Under the pieces are notes generated by a model. It saw nothing but the letters and a program-made list of their open reading frames with translations, was not told the origin of the DNA and ran no database searches. A stretch of DNA of 64,000 bases from an uncultured delta proteobacterium (GTDB taxonomy: Bacteria > Desulfobacterota > Desulfobulbia > Desulfobulbales > Desulfocapsaceae). The stretch is taken from contig CAVPRJ010000004.1 in NCBI GenBank assembly GCA_963707715.1, forward strand, positions 3,219 through 67,218. Direction: 5' to 3'. Below, piece by piece: positions 11,593 through 21,292 of this stretch. A program made the translations under genes and the position numbers. Position 1 is the stretch's first letter; each line of letters begins with the position of its first letter.

Positions 11593-11628
11593 TGCGCGGT
11601 AATGAACCGCCTACGGCGGATCCGAACA

Positions 11629-12789
11629 TCAGATGATCTGCCTGGTCCGGAAATCGTCAATTTCGGTCCGGCTGTAACCAAGTTCGGCCAGAATTTCCTG
11701 GTTGTGGTGACCAAAGGTTGCCGGCTCCGTGCAAATAGCCCCGGGCGTTTCGCTCAGCTTTACCGGGATGCCGAACATTTTCGCCGTATTTCCATCCGGC
11801 TGCTGCCAATCGACGATCATCCCGCGCTCTTGAAAAAGCGGATGCTGCAGCACCTCAGCCATACTCATAACCCTGCTGCAGCAGACGTCATGACCAGTCA
11901 GCCGCGCCTCCCATTCTTCTGCGGTGCGGGTTTTGAAAATCGCGGCCAATGTCGAGATGAGCTCTTCACGCCGTTGTTCATCATACTGCAGATCGGCAAA
12001 TTCGGGAACCTCGAGCAGCTTGCAGAGTTTCTTCCAGAATCTGTGCTCGAGTGCTCCGACCGCCATATGGCCATCGTCTGCGGTGCTATAGATATGGTAG
12101 CAGGCATAGCGGTGGGACAGCAGGTGATCGGCACGGCGCAGGGCCCGGCCCGACTGACGCTGAAGCAGCAGCGGCAGGCTCAGTAAGCCGAGCAGTCCAT
12201 CGGTCATCGAGATGTCGATGTACTGTCCTCTGCCGCTGGCGACCCTGGCCTGCAGGGCCAGCAAAATGCCGATCACCGCGTTCATCGAACCGCAGATATC
12301 ACCAATCTGTATGCCCGGAATGAGCGGTGAGCCATCTCTGGGCCCGATCAGATCGAGGATTCCGGCGCTGCTGATATAGTTTACATCGTGGCCCGCCTCC
12401 GCACGGCGAGGTCCGTCCTGACCATAGCCGCTGATCGAGCAGTATATAACCCGTGGATTTATCCGGGCAACGCTCTCGTAATCGACGCCGAGCCGTTGAA
12501 CCACCCCGGGTCTGAATCCTTCGACGATCACATCGGCTTTTTCAGCAAGCTTATCGAAAATACTTTTGCCTTCGCTGGCTTTGAGGTTCAGGCTGAGATG
12601 CTTTTTGTTGCGGTAGAGCAGATCGAAAAACAGCCCATCGCTTTCGAATCGGCGATCCTCTATGGCAATTACCTCGGCACCGTGATCCGCCAGAATCATA
12701 GTACAATAAGGACCGGGCAGCATTCTGGATAAATCCAGCACCCTGATGCCCGAAAGACTCGCCGGTTTTATATCTCGTGCTGTTTTCAT
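11629..12789 (-). CDS. Family III CoA-transferase (CaiB/BaiF / alpha-methylacyl-CoA racemase-like)
   Basis: 'LSGIRVLDLSRMLPGPYCTMILADHGAEVIAIE', 'DVIVEGFRPGV' and 'VIYCSISGYGQDGP' are the family hallmarks. Confidence 0.85.
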   Translation of the reverse strand: MKTARDIKPASLSGIRVLDLSRMLPGPYCTMILADHGAEVIAIEDRRFESDGLFFDLLYRNKKHLSLNLKASEGKSIFDKLAEKADVIVEGFRPGVVQRLGVDYESVARINPRVIYCSISGYGQDGPRRAEAGHDVNYISSAGILDLIGPRDGSPLIPGIQIGDICGSMNAVIGILLALQARVASGRGQYIDISMTDGLLGLLSLPLLLQRQSGRALRRADHLLSHRYACYHIYSTADDGHMAVGALEHRFWKKLCKLLEVPEFADLQYDEQRREELISTLAAIFKTRTAEEWEARLTGHDVCCSRVMSMAEVLQHPLFQERGMIVDWQQPDGNTAKMFGIPVKLSETPGAICTEPATFGHHNQEILAELGYSRTEIDDFRTRQII

Positions 12790-12854
12790 GGCTCCGATCT
12801 ATCCGATAAGCGTACGGTTCCGCTTTCCAGTTTCGCCTCAGGTACCACCATATC

Positions 12855-13376
12855 TTAAAACTCGATCCCCTTCTGGGCCTTGATGCCTGCAGCGAAAGCG
12901 TGCTTTATCACCTGGATGTCTGAGACCGTGTCGGCAATCTCGATCAGTTCCGGGGCAGCATTTCGGCCGGTGATAATAATGCTCAGACGCCGCGGCTTGG
13001 ACTTGAGTGCATCAACGATCCTCGTCACCGGCAGAAAATCAAGCTGGGGAAGATAGGTGAGCTCATCCAGGATCAGCAGATCGTAAGCGTCTTCGGCAAT
13101 GATTTTTTCGGCCAGGGCAAAACCCTGTGCGGCAACATTTCTGTCTTCTTCGAGCTGTTCTTTCTTGAAAACGAAGCCCTTGCCGCAGATATGCCAGTCC
13201 AGATTCTCGAGCTGCGCTGCCAATAACCGCTCACCGTATTTGCCCTGGCCCTTGATAAACTGGATTACACAGACCTTCTGGCCATGCCCGAGCGCCCTGA
13301 AAACGGTTCCCAGTGCCGCGGTTGTTTTGCCTTTGCCGTCACCGGTATTGATAATGATGCGTCCTTTTACTGCCAT
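12855..13376 (-). CDS. cobO: Cob(I)yrinic acid a,c-diamide adenosyltransferase
   Basis: 'GDGKGKTTAALGTVFRALGHGQKVCVIQFIKG', 'LLILDELTY' and 'VIKHAF..G..AQKGIEF' are CobO/BtuR-type motifs. Confidence 0.85.
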   Translation of the reverse strand: MAVKGRIIINTGDGKGKTTAALGTVFRALGHGQKVCVIQFIKGQGKYGERLLAAQLENLDWHICGKGFVFKKEQLEEDRNVAAQGFALAEKIIAEDAYDLLILDELTYLPQLDFLPVTRIVDALKSKPRRLSIIITGRNAAPELIEIADTVSDIQVIKHAFAAGIKAQKGIEF

Positions 13377-13608
13377 AGCCTGACCTCAAGAAAGTTCTCA
13401 ACAATAATCGTTCAAATACGTAACAATCGATGCTGTCTGATACATCGCAACGAACAACCGCTCCGGCGGATCGAGGCGGCTGTATGCCTTGCAGCGGCCG
13501 CAATATAGTGCAGTCAGGCTGCCGCGAAGCGGTCGTTGTCCGGTAGATGTCATGCCAACTCAAATCATCCTCAGAATCCTGGTGTATAGCGGTGTCGCAT
13601 AAAAAAGA

Positions 13609-13638
13609 TTGACAAACGTTTTTGAGTGATTTTATATG
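13609..13638 (+). promoter_or_regulatory. Sigma70-like promoter candidate: TTGACA, 18-nt spacer, TATATG, preceded by an A-tract
   Basis: There is a perfect -35 TTGACA at 13609-13614 and TATATG at 13633-13638, with 'AAAAAAGA' immediately upstream. It lies inside a 785-bp gap with no credible ORF and points toward the DUF4212/SSS operon. Confidence 0.4.
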
Positions 13639-13649
13639 CGCTGGAATCA

Positions 13650-13859
13650 AGACCGAGCGCTCGCTCAGTATGGGTGAATTTACCCGTAAAAAAACAAAAG
13701 CGCTCATGATTTTTCTTTTCCGGGAGGAGGCGCGACGATTTAAGACCAGGCTCGATATCCATCATATTCCGCCACCTGCCTCCATCCTTTCCGGTTTTCT
13801 CCTTTGTCCCAGCCAATGGAACGGGTCTATGGCGCTTGTGGCGAGCGAGCGCTCGGTCT
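13650..13859. repeat. Perfect 17-bp inverted repeat pair (AGACCGAGCGCTCGCTC / GAGCGAGCGCTCGGTCT), each containing the 10-bp palindrome CGAGCGCTCG
   Basis: Arm 1 is 13650-13666 and arm 2 is 13843-13859. They are exact reverse complements separated by 176 nt and lie just downstream of the promoter candidate. Confidence 0.8.
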
Positions 13860-14161
13860 CTGACAATCACGACCTCCCGACATACTGCTGGCCGACCTGG
13901 ACGGGACCTGGTTCCGGACGAGTTTTGCGCCATATAAAAGTGTGCTGCTGGGTCAAGCCCTGCCCAGGCACGGGTGTGCGTTGCTTAAACCGATGTGATC
14001 GGCGGTTTCCGTTTGGCCGGCCAACCGCTGTCCACATAACAGTTTGAAATAATAACGGATCTGCTCCGTACTGGAATCTGGTTAAGGCAGTGTATCTCAC
14101 CGCCAGCCGATCGACGGTGTCGGGGAAAACCAAAACAGCGTTTTTTGTCAAGGAGGAAAGC

Positions 14162-14434
14162 ATGAACAGTGCGTACAAAAAAGAAATTCGCTATACGCTG
14201 ATTTTCAGCGTCCTGTTACTTATCTGCGGACATATGGGGTTGCTGTTCGTCGCCTTTCCCGGCCTGCAGAACCACATGATTTTTGGTTTTCCCTCGCAGT
14301 ACATTGTGCCGGTCGTATTCGGCTGGCTGGTATTGATGGTCGTCGTCGGTTTTCAGGCTAAACTGACCAACGCACTTGATGACGAAATTGAAGCGCTGAG
14401 CGGCTCTTCAGAAACCACTGAAGGGGGCAGATAG
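14162..14434 (+). CDS. DUF4212-type small membrane subunit of a sodium:solute symporter
   Basis: The ATG at 14162 follows AGGAGGAAAG. The product is about 90 aa with two TM segments ('IFGFPSQYIVPVVFGWLVLM') and sits directly upstream of an SSS gene. This is the usual pairing for this family. Confidence 0.65.
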   Translation: MNSAYKKEIRYTLIFSVLLLICGHMGLLFVAFPGLQNHMIFGFPSQYIVPVVFGWLVLMVVVGFQAKLTNALDDEIEALSGSSETTEGGR

Positions 14435-14437
14435 ACC

Positions 14438-16084
14438 ATGGAAAATCAAACGTGGGTGCTGGAAAGCCCTGCCATGGGCATGATTTTTGTCGGTGCATCG
14501 TTTATCATTTTTTACGCGATCGGCTGGTATTCGCAGCGGGCCGCCAAATCTTCCACGGACTACTGGACCGCCGGCCGCTCCATCGGGTCGATCACCAATG
14601 GTCTGGGCATGGCTTCGAGCTATATGAGTCTGGCCACCTTTATGGGCGTTACCGCCTTGATCCTCAAGCTCAAGGTACCATTTGTCTACATGTGGATTCA
14701 GTTCGCCCTGTCCATTCCGCTGATCACCCTCTGGTATGGTACCCCGCTCAGGCGTATGGGCGCTTTCACCCCAGCCCACTTCGTCCGGGAGCGTTACGGG
14801 GTTCGCACATCCTATATCACCGTGGCGTTCATGATCCTGATCATGGTGATGTATGCTCTGGGCCAGATGATCGGCGTGGCCAAGGTTTTTGAAATGCTGT
14901 TTGGGATCAACTACACCCTGGCGCTGGTCTGCGGCGGTGCACTGATCGTCGGTTATGTGACCATCGGCGGCATGTACGGTACCTCCTACAACGCGGCCTT
15001 CCAGATGATTCTGATGGGCGTTGCCTTTATCATTCCACTGGGAGCGATCATGAAGGCCATGGGCGGCACCGGCTGGTACTTCCCGCCGCTGCTCTACTCC
15101 GACATGGTACCGGCCATGCTCGATGCCGTGCCCGACTTCTTCGACATGAAGTACGGCTTTAAATGGTATCTGTCGCTGATCCCCTGCTTCACGCTGGGGG
15201 CCATGGGCCTGCCGCATCTGGGCATGAGGGTCTACACCTCCTCGAACCTAAAGAGTGCACGCGGGGCAATGGTCTGGTTCACCTTCTTCTGCGGGATCGT
15301 GTTCTGTTCGACCTATACCATGGGATTTTCAGGGGTTTACTTCCAGGCCACCTCAGGTTCTACCATCGCTCCGACCGATTTTGACAAAATCACCCTGATC
15401 CTGAACAGCGTCTATAACCCAGCCTGGGTGCTCGCCTTCGTTATCGCCGGCGCCATCGCTGCCGGTCTGTCCACCATCAGTGCCAACCTGATGGCCATCG
15501 GGGCGATGATCGCCCAGGATATCATCGCAACCATCAAACCAGACCTGTCTGACAAAACCATGAAATGGATCGGTTATGCGGCCATCGCAGGCGGCGGCGC
15601 AGCCAGTATCCTGATTGCCCTTAACCCGCCTGACTTCCTGGTGGTCAGTATTCTCTGGGCTTTCGGTCTGGCCGGTGTCACCGTTGCCCCGCTGGTGATC
15701 CTCGGGGTCTGGTGGAAACAGGCCAACCGCTACGGCGCTTCGGTGGCCGTTCTGGTCTCAGGTCTGACCTATATCGTGGTATCGCCGTATCTGTTCCCCG
15801 ATATCGTGATTGCAGGCGGTCTGCCGGCAAAAGTCGGCATGTCCGGCTCGCTGCTCTGTGTTCCGCTCTGTTTCTTCCTGCACTCGACCGTATCGATGAT
15901 CACTGATCGGCTTCCTTCGTTGATGGCGAAGATCCCGCACAGACAGGACAAGCTGCTGGTGGACAAGATTCACGGCTGGTCCGATTACAGCGAAGAACGC
16001 TACAACAGCACCGGCGCCGGCCTGATAATTGCCGCCGTCAGCCTGTTCTTCTGCATCTATGCGGTATTGCCGGGCGGCTGGTAA
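14438..16084 (+). CDS. Sodium:solute symporter (SSS) family transporter
   Basis: The 548-aa polytopic protein reads 'YWTAGRSIGSITNGLGMASSYMSLATFMGV', which is the typical SSS N-terminal region. It starts 3 nt after the DUF4212 stop. Confidence 0.8.
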   Translation: MENQTWVLESPAMGMIFVGASFIIFYAIGWYSQRAAKSSTDYWTAGRSIGSITNGLGMASSYMSLATFMGVTALILKLKVPFVYMWIQFALSIPLITLWYGTPLRRMGAFTPAHFVRERYGVRTSYITVAFMILIMVMYALGQMIGVAKVFEMLFGINYTLALVCGGALIVGYVTIGGMYGTSYNAAFQMILMGVAFIIPLGAIMKAMGGTGWYFPPLLYSDMVPAMLDAVPDFFDMKYGFKWYLSLIPCFTLGAMGLPHLGMRVYTSSNLKSARGAMVWFTFFCGIVFCSTYTMGFSGVYFQATSGSTIAPTDFDKITLILNSVYNPAWVLAFVIAGAIAAGLSTISANLMAIGAMIAQDIIATIKPDLSDKTMKWIGYAAIAGGGAASILIALNPPDFLVVSILWAFGLAGVTVAPLVILGVWWKQANRYGASVAVLVSGLTYIVVSPYLFPDIVIAGGLPAKVGMSGSLLCVPLCFFLHSTVSMITDRLPSLMAKIPHRQDKLLVDKIHGWSDYSEERYNSTGAGLIIAAVSLFFCIYAVLPGGW

Positions 16085-16118
16085 TCGGTTATAGTCAGCC
16101 CCACAGGTAAAACCACAA

Positions 16119-16164
16119 GACACCCGCTTGGTGACTCCGGTCATCAAGCGGGTGTCCTGTCTTT
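16119..16164 (+). terminator. Rho-independent terminator candidate after the SSS gene
   Basis: A 12-bp perfect stem GACACCCGCTTG...CAAGCGGGTGTC (16119-16130 / 16145-16156) is followed by CTGTCTTT. Confidence 0.5.
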
Positions 16165-16183
16165 AACCGGCTGCTATTATCAG

Positions 16184-16753
16184 ATGAACTACACCAGACT
16201 CCTGCCCGATATGATCAGCGGCGCGCCGGAACTTTTCCAGCTTGCAGTGGACGGTAAGGCACGCACCATCATGCTGATCAACCTGACCATCCTCGGCATC
16301 TGCTTCGGCTTATCCAACCTTTACGGCAGCCTGGGTGCTAATCCCGAACTGCCGCTGCAGGGGAAGTTTGTTCTTATCACCCCGGCCCTGTTCTGTGTGT
16401 TCGGCATCTTCACGATGCTAGGTGCCCTGCTGGGCTTTACGATGATCTACTGGGCGGCTGCCAAGGCCTTTGGAGGGCCGGGCGGCTTCGGGCTGGTGGT
16501 CGATTCGATCGGTCTCAGCCTCGTGCCATTCTGGCTGCTGGCCCCGCTGCTCAACTTTGCTCTGAAGTTCAATCAGCAAGAAGCCGTTCCGCTCTGGCTG
16601 CTTATTCCGCTCGTACTGGGTTTTATCTGGTCTTTCAGACTGGTCAAGCAGAGCCTGATCGTCGGCCAGGGGCTGAGCGACGGCCGGGCGACCCTGGCCC
16701 TTGCCTGCATGTGGATCTTCAGCATCAGTGCTGTATATCTGTCAAGCCCCTGA
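16184..16753 (+). CDS. Integral membrane protein (about 5 TM; possibly Yip1-like)
   Basis: The 189-aa ORF has five hydrophobic segments. The family assignment is only an impression. Confidence 0.5.
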   Translation: MNYTRLLPDMISGAPELFQLAVDGKARTIMLINLTILGICFGLSNLYGSLGANPELPLQGKFVLITPALFCVFGIFTMLGALLGFTMIYWAAAKAFGGPGGFGLVVDSIGLSLVPFWLLAPLLNFALKFNQQEAVPLWLLIPLVLGFIWSFRLVKQSLIVGQGLSDGRATLALACMWIFSISAVYLSSP

Positions 16754-16990
16754 TCTCTGCTCTCTAAGCGCCGTTTTAGTGAAACGGTCAGCCAGGAGCT
16801 GAGTCTTCCCCAAGGCGGGACCGACGCGTTGCAGAAACAGACTGCCCGGATCAGCGGCGGCGTACTCAGACCCAAACCGCAAAATGACCAATAGAAAGGA
16901 TCGTTACCGGCCTGGCGACAACCGCTTGCGCGGCAGTTCAGCCTCTTGGAGCAAGTATATGGGGCAATCCATCCTGCGCGGGTTCGTCAG

Positions 16991-17689
16991 ATGATCACCA
17001 GCGAGCAGTTCGGCGGCCTGCGGGCAGGATTTAAGGCCAATCTCGTGGTGGCGGCCAGTGTCGGCGCCTACGGCAGCGTACTCGGTCTGATGGCGGCCCA
17101 GAAAGGGCTTAACTGGTACCAGCTGCTGATCATGAATCTGAGCGTATTCGCCGGTTCAGCACAGTTCGTGATGGTGGACATGTGGCTGCCTCCTTTGCCG
17201 GTCGCCGAGATCATCCTGGCGGTGCTGGTGATCAATATGCGTTATCTGCTGATCGGCGCCTCGCTCAATCCGCTGTTTCAGGGGACCTCGCTGCGCCACA
17301 AGATGGGCTTCATGCATCTGGTCGCCGATGAAAACTGGGCCATGACCATGGCCAGGTTCCACCAGGGCGGGGCTACCACCTGGTTTCTTCTGGGCGGCGG
17401 CATCTGCGTGCAGAGCGCCTGGTGCTGCGGCACTCTGCTTGGTCATCGGCTGGGTGCGGTGATTGCCAACCCGGAGCGCTGGGCTCTTGATTTTTCTTTC
17501 GTTGCGGTCTTTACCGCGCTGGTTTTCAGCTTCTGGAAAGGCAAGAGGGACCTGCTGCCGTGGCTCATCACCGCCGTCACTGCCGTTGCTGCCGAAGCGC
17601 TGCTGCCGGGCAAATACTATATCATCTGCGGCGGTATTGCCGGCGCCCTGGCCGCCGCAGGGCTGCACCGAGGACCTGGCAATGCCTGA
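16991..17689 (+). CDS. azlC: AzlC-family branched-chain amino-acid exporter subunit
   Basis: 'FAGSAQFVMVDMW', 'VLVINMRYLLIGASL' and 'VADENWAM' are AzlC hallmarks. The gene overlaps the azlD-like gene downstream. The start is taken at the ATG at 16991. Confidence 0.75.
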   Translation: MITSEQFGGLRAGFKANLVVAASVGAYGSVLGLMAAQKGLNWYQLLIMNLSVFAGSAQFVMVDMWLPPLPVAEIILAVLVINMRYLLIGASLNPLFQGTSLRHKMGFMHLVADENWAMTMARFHQGGATTWFLLGGGICVQSAWCCGTLLGHRLGAVIANPERWALDFSFVAVFTALVFSFWKGKRDLLPWLITAVTAVAAEALLPGKYYIICGGIAGALAAAGLHRGPGNA

Positions 17690-17996
17690 GCCGAACCCGC
17701 AAGCTCTTGTCTGGCTGACCATCGCCGGCGCTGCGGCAGTCACCTACTCGCTGCGGATCGGCGGGCTGCTGCTCGCCTCAAAGCTCCCGAAAACAGGCCC
17801 CTTCAAGCGCTTTATGGATGCCCTGCCCGGCACCATTCTGCTATCGCTGATCGTCCCGGCCGCAGTGGCCGCCGGACCGATCGGCTGGCTGGCCACCGTG
17901 GTAACCGCACTGGTGAGCCTGAAAAGCGGTAATGTCTTTATTTCGATGGTGGTGGGAATCGTAATCGTCGCAGCCGGACGCTGGTATGGCTTCTGA
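17682..17996 (+). CDS. azlD: AzlD-family small membrane protein
   Basis: It is about 104 aa and hydrophobic ('LTIAGAAAVTYSLRIGGLLLA'). The ATG at 17682 overlaps the azlC stop by 8 nt. Confidence 0.7.
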   Translation: MPEPNPQALVWLTIAGAAAVTYSLRIGGLLLASKLPKTGPFKRFMDALPGTILLSLIVPAAVAAGPIGWLATVVTALVSLKSGNVFISMVVGIVIVAAGRWYGF

Positions 17997-18060
17997 GTCG
18001 AAGACTACTCAGGCGGCGAAAGATGCATCGCTGCCAATCGCCTAAAAGCAAAGACCCAAT

Positions 18061-18086
18061 AAGAAAGGGGTGGCCCGAGCCACCCC
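18061..18086 (-). terminator. Rho-independent terminator candidate downstream of yajC
   Basis: On the minus strand it reads GGGGTGGC-TCGG-GCCACCCC followed by TTTCTTATT. Confidence 0.6.
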
Positions 18087-18132
18087 CGATTCGTTCATCT
18101 ACACCTGTAGATAATTAGCAGCCTCTAATCCC

Positions 18133-18495
18133 TCAGGATCCCGATGATTTAAGTTTTTTATCTTTACCGGCTTTGGCCGCCTTGGGATCATCCTTCACCT
18201 GGGGACCGGCGATCGAGTTGCGATCAACCTTGATCTGAATATTTTCGGCAATCTCAAGGGTCAGTACCGCATCGGAAATGCTGGTAATTTCGCCGTAAAT
18301 GCCGCCTTTAGTAATCACCTTGTTGCCTTTTTTCAAGTCGCTCAAAAAGGCCTGATGCTGTTTGGCCTGTTTCTGCTGAGGTCTGATCAAGAGAAAATAA
18401 AAGACCACGAAAATGAGGATGAGCGGCAGAAAAGAAGCAAAGCCACCCGCTGCTCCGCCACCCGCCGGAGCGGCTGCATAGGCTACTGAAGTCAT
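18133..18495 (-). CDS. yajC: Preprotein translocase subunit YajC
   Basis: 'LPLILIFVVFYFLLIRPQQKQAKQHQAFLSDLKKGNKVITKGGIYGEI' is the YajC pattern. GGAGG lies 7 nt upstream of the ATG at 18495. Confidence 0.9.
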   Translation of the reverse strand: MTSVAYAAAPAGGGAAGGFASFLPLILIFVVFYFLLIRPQQKQAKQHQAFLSDLKKGNKVITKGGIYGEITSISDAVLTLEIAENIQIKVDRNSIAGPQVKDDPKAAKAGKDKKLKSSGS

Positions 18496-18583
18496 AAAAC
18501 TACCTCCAAAAAATTGAATCGATGCGCACACCGAAACCTGGTTTCGGAATGCTCTTTGCCTGAATTTATGGGCCCTACCTTAA

Positions 18584-19717
<1,134 letters not shown>

Positions 19718-19904
19718 TTAGATGGATTCATCGATCACTAACGGTTGCGCTACACAATAGACTTTCTTCGCGTTTTGTCATTATCTTTTGATTTCCGAAT
19801 CGTTTTCATGCATACTGATGTCGATGGGTGAAGGGTTTTTTTACTATTATTTCAATTTGATCTGAGTAAGCGAGCAGCAGATCGCCAATGGAGTCCGGAC
19901 ACCT

Positions 19905-21269
19905 ATGAATACCATCCTGATCATCGAACCGGTTGTCACCGCGCTCGAATCAATGATGGATTTCCTCCGACGCGGCGCGGACGACATCATCGTCCTTTCC
20001 GCCAGACACTACGAGCAAAGCCTGTCGATCCTGCAGCACAAGCAGATCGATCTGATGCTTTGTTCCACCTCTTTTGAAGACACTCAAAGCTGCCAGGTCA
20101 TCAATGATCTCGCCCGGCTCTATCCTTATATCCCACTGATTGCGGTCTCGGATCAACCGGATCACGTGCAGCAGCAGGCCTTGTCCGCCGGGGCCAGCGC
20201 CTGCTTCAGAAAGCCGCTCCAGGACAGCGCCCTGCTCGAAGAGATACTCGACATGGCCGAGGCCGCCCATCTCGGGACAGTCCAGGGCGTACCCCTGCAC
20301 TCGCTGCTGCAGATGTACGAAAACGATGCCCAGACCTGTACTCTGCACATCTACCGTGACGCCGGCAGCGGCTTTGTCTATCTGGAAGACGGCATTCCGG
20401 TAAACGCAGAAGTCGGCGAACTGAGCGGTGAAGAGGCCTTTTATGAGTTGATCTGCTGGGATGATGTGATCATCGACATCAGATATTTCAACGGCCTGCG
20501 GGAGCACATTATCTCGACACCCCTGATCTCCCTGATCATGGAGGGTTTCCGCCGCAAAGACGAACGGGACAGCAGCCTGCAGGTAAGCCCTTCTGCACCG
20601 AAGAAGCCGCGACCGCGGTTGCATCAGGCACCAACCACCGGATTGCGGCTGGCCCTGAATATCGGGCAGAGTCTGACGGTCGATTTCGACGCCGTTGATG
20701 TGCCGCTGGAGTCCTCCATGATCGGTATGATTCCTGATCATTGCCTGATCATCACCACTCCGTCCCATTTTATAGTGACCGGGACCCCACTCGAACCATC
20801 AGAGCAACTGATCGTCAAATTCACCCATATGGAACAGCTCTACCTGTTCAGAACAACAATCAGCCGGGTGATCCGAGACCCGCACCATTTGCTTTTTCTG
20901 CAATACCCCTCGGTCGTTCACTTTCACGACATCAGGAAAGCCATGCGGGCGGCCGCCAGTTTCCCCTGTATGCTCAGCACCGAAGACAGGGTCGAGTATC
21001 GGGCGATTTTCAAAGATATAAGCGGCTCCGGCGCCTTGTTGAGCATTGCCTTAAGAGAAAACGAGCAGATTCCCGATTTCTGTCTGAACCAGCCGGTTTT
21101 GCTGAGCTGTTCACTCCCGGAGCAGGTGCATCACCTGAAGCTCGAGGCCATCGTTAAAACCGTCAGGAAAAACGAGCAGACCGTCCAGCTCGGAGTGGAA
21201 TTCTCACAGCCCTACCCACTGCTGGAGCGCTCCATCAACCGCTATCTGCAGATCATCAAACTGAAGTAG
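19905..21269 (+). CDS. Atypical receiver, DUF4388 and PilZ protein (predicted c-di-GMP effector)
   Basis: The receiver-like N-terminus has Asp49 ('QIDLMLC'), 'PLIAVSD' and 'FRKPL', but 'IIEPV' replaces the acidic DD pair. DUF4388 is seen in 'LHSLLQMYENDAQTCTLHIY...GFVYLEDGIPVNAEVGELSGEEAFYELICW'. The C-terminal PilZ has canonical 'RKAMR' (RxxxR, aa 344-348) and 'DISGSG' (DxSxxG, aa 371-376). Confidence 0.75.
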   Translation: MNTILIIEPVVTALESMMDFLRRGADDIIVLSARHYEQSLSILQHKQIDLMLCSTSFEDTQSCQVINDLARLYPYIPLIAVSDQPDHVQQQALSAGASACFRKPLQDSALLEEILDMAEAAHLGTVQGVPLHSLLQMYENDAQTCTLHIYRDAGSGFVYLEDGIPVNAEVGELSGEEAFYELICWDDVIIDIRYFNGLREHIISTPLISLIMEGFRRKDERDSSLQVSPSAPKKPRPRLHQAPTTGLRLALNIGQSLTVDFDAVDVPLESSMIGMIPDHCLIITTPSHFIVTGTPLEPSEQLIVKFTHMEQLYLFRTTISRVIRDPHHLLFLQYPSVVHFHDIRKAMRAAASFPCMLSTEDRVEYRAIFKDISGSGALLSIALRENEQIPDFCLNQPVLLSCSLPEQVHHLKLEAIVKTVRKNEQTVQLGVEFSQPYPLLERSINRYLQIIKLK

Positions 21270-21292
21270 TCACCCGGCAGCACAGGCGAGGC

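Noticed and set aside
13440-13530. Possible cobalamin riboswitch upstream of cobO, or on the plus strand. The string 'GCAGTCAGGCTGCC' near 13510 vaguely resembles a B12 box.
   Set aside because: I could not find the rest of the conserved core on either strand (GGGAA...GGTG.AA.TCC...GCCACTG). On the plus strand nothing B12-related lies downstream. It needs an Infernal scan before it can be claimed.
13571-14178. ORFs of 103-141 aa inside the 785-bp gap (13622-14047 +, 13571-13933 -, 13867-14178 -).
   Set aside because: They overlap one another and have skewed, low-complexity composition. None has a ribosome-binding site in a sensible position or any recognisable motif. I treated the region as non-coding.
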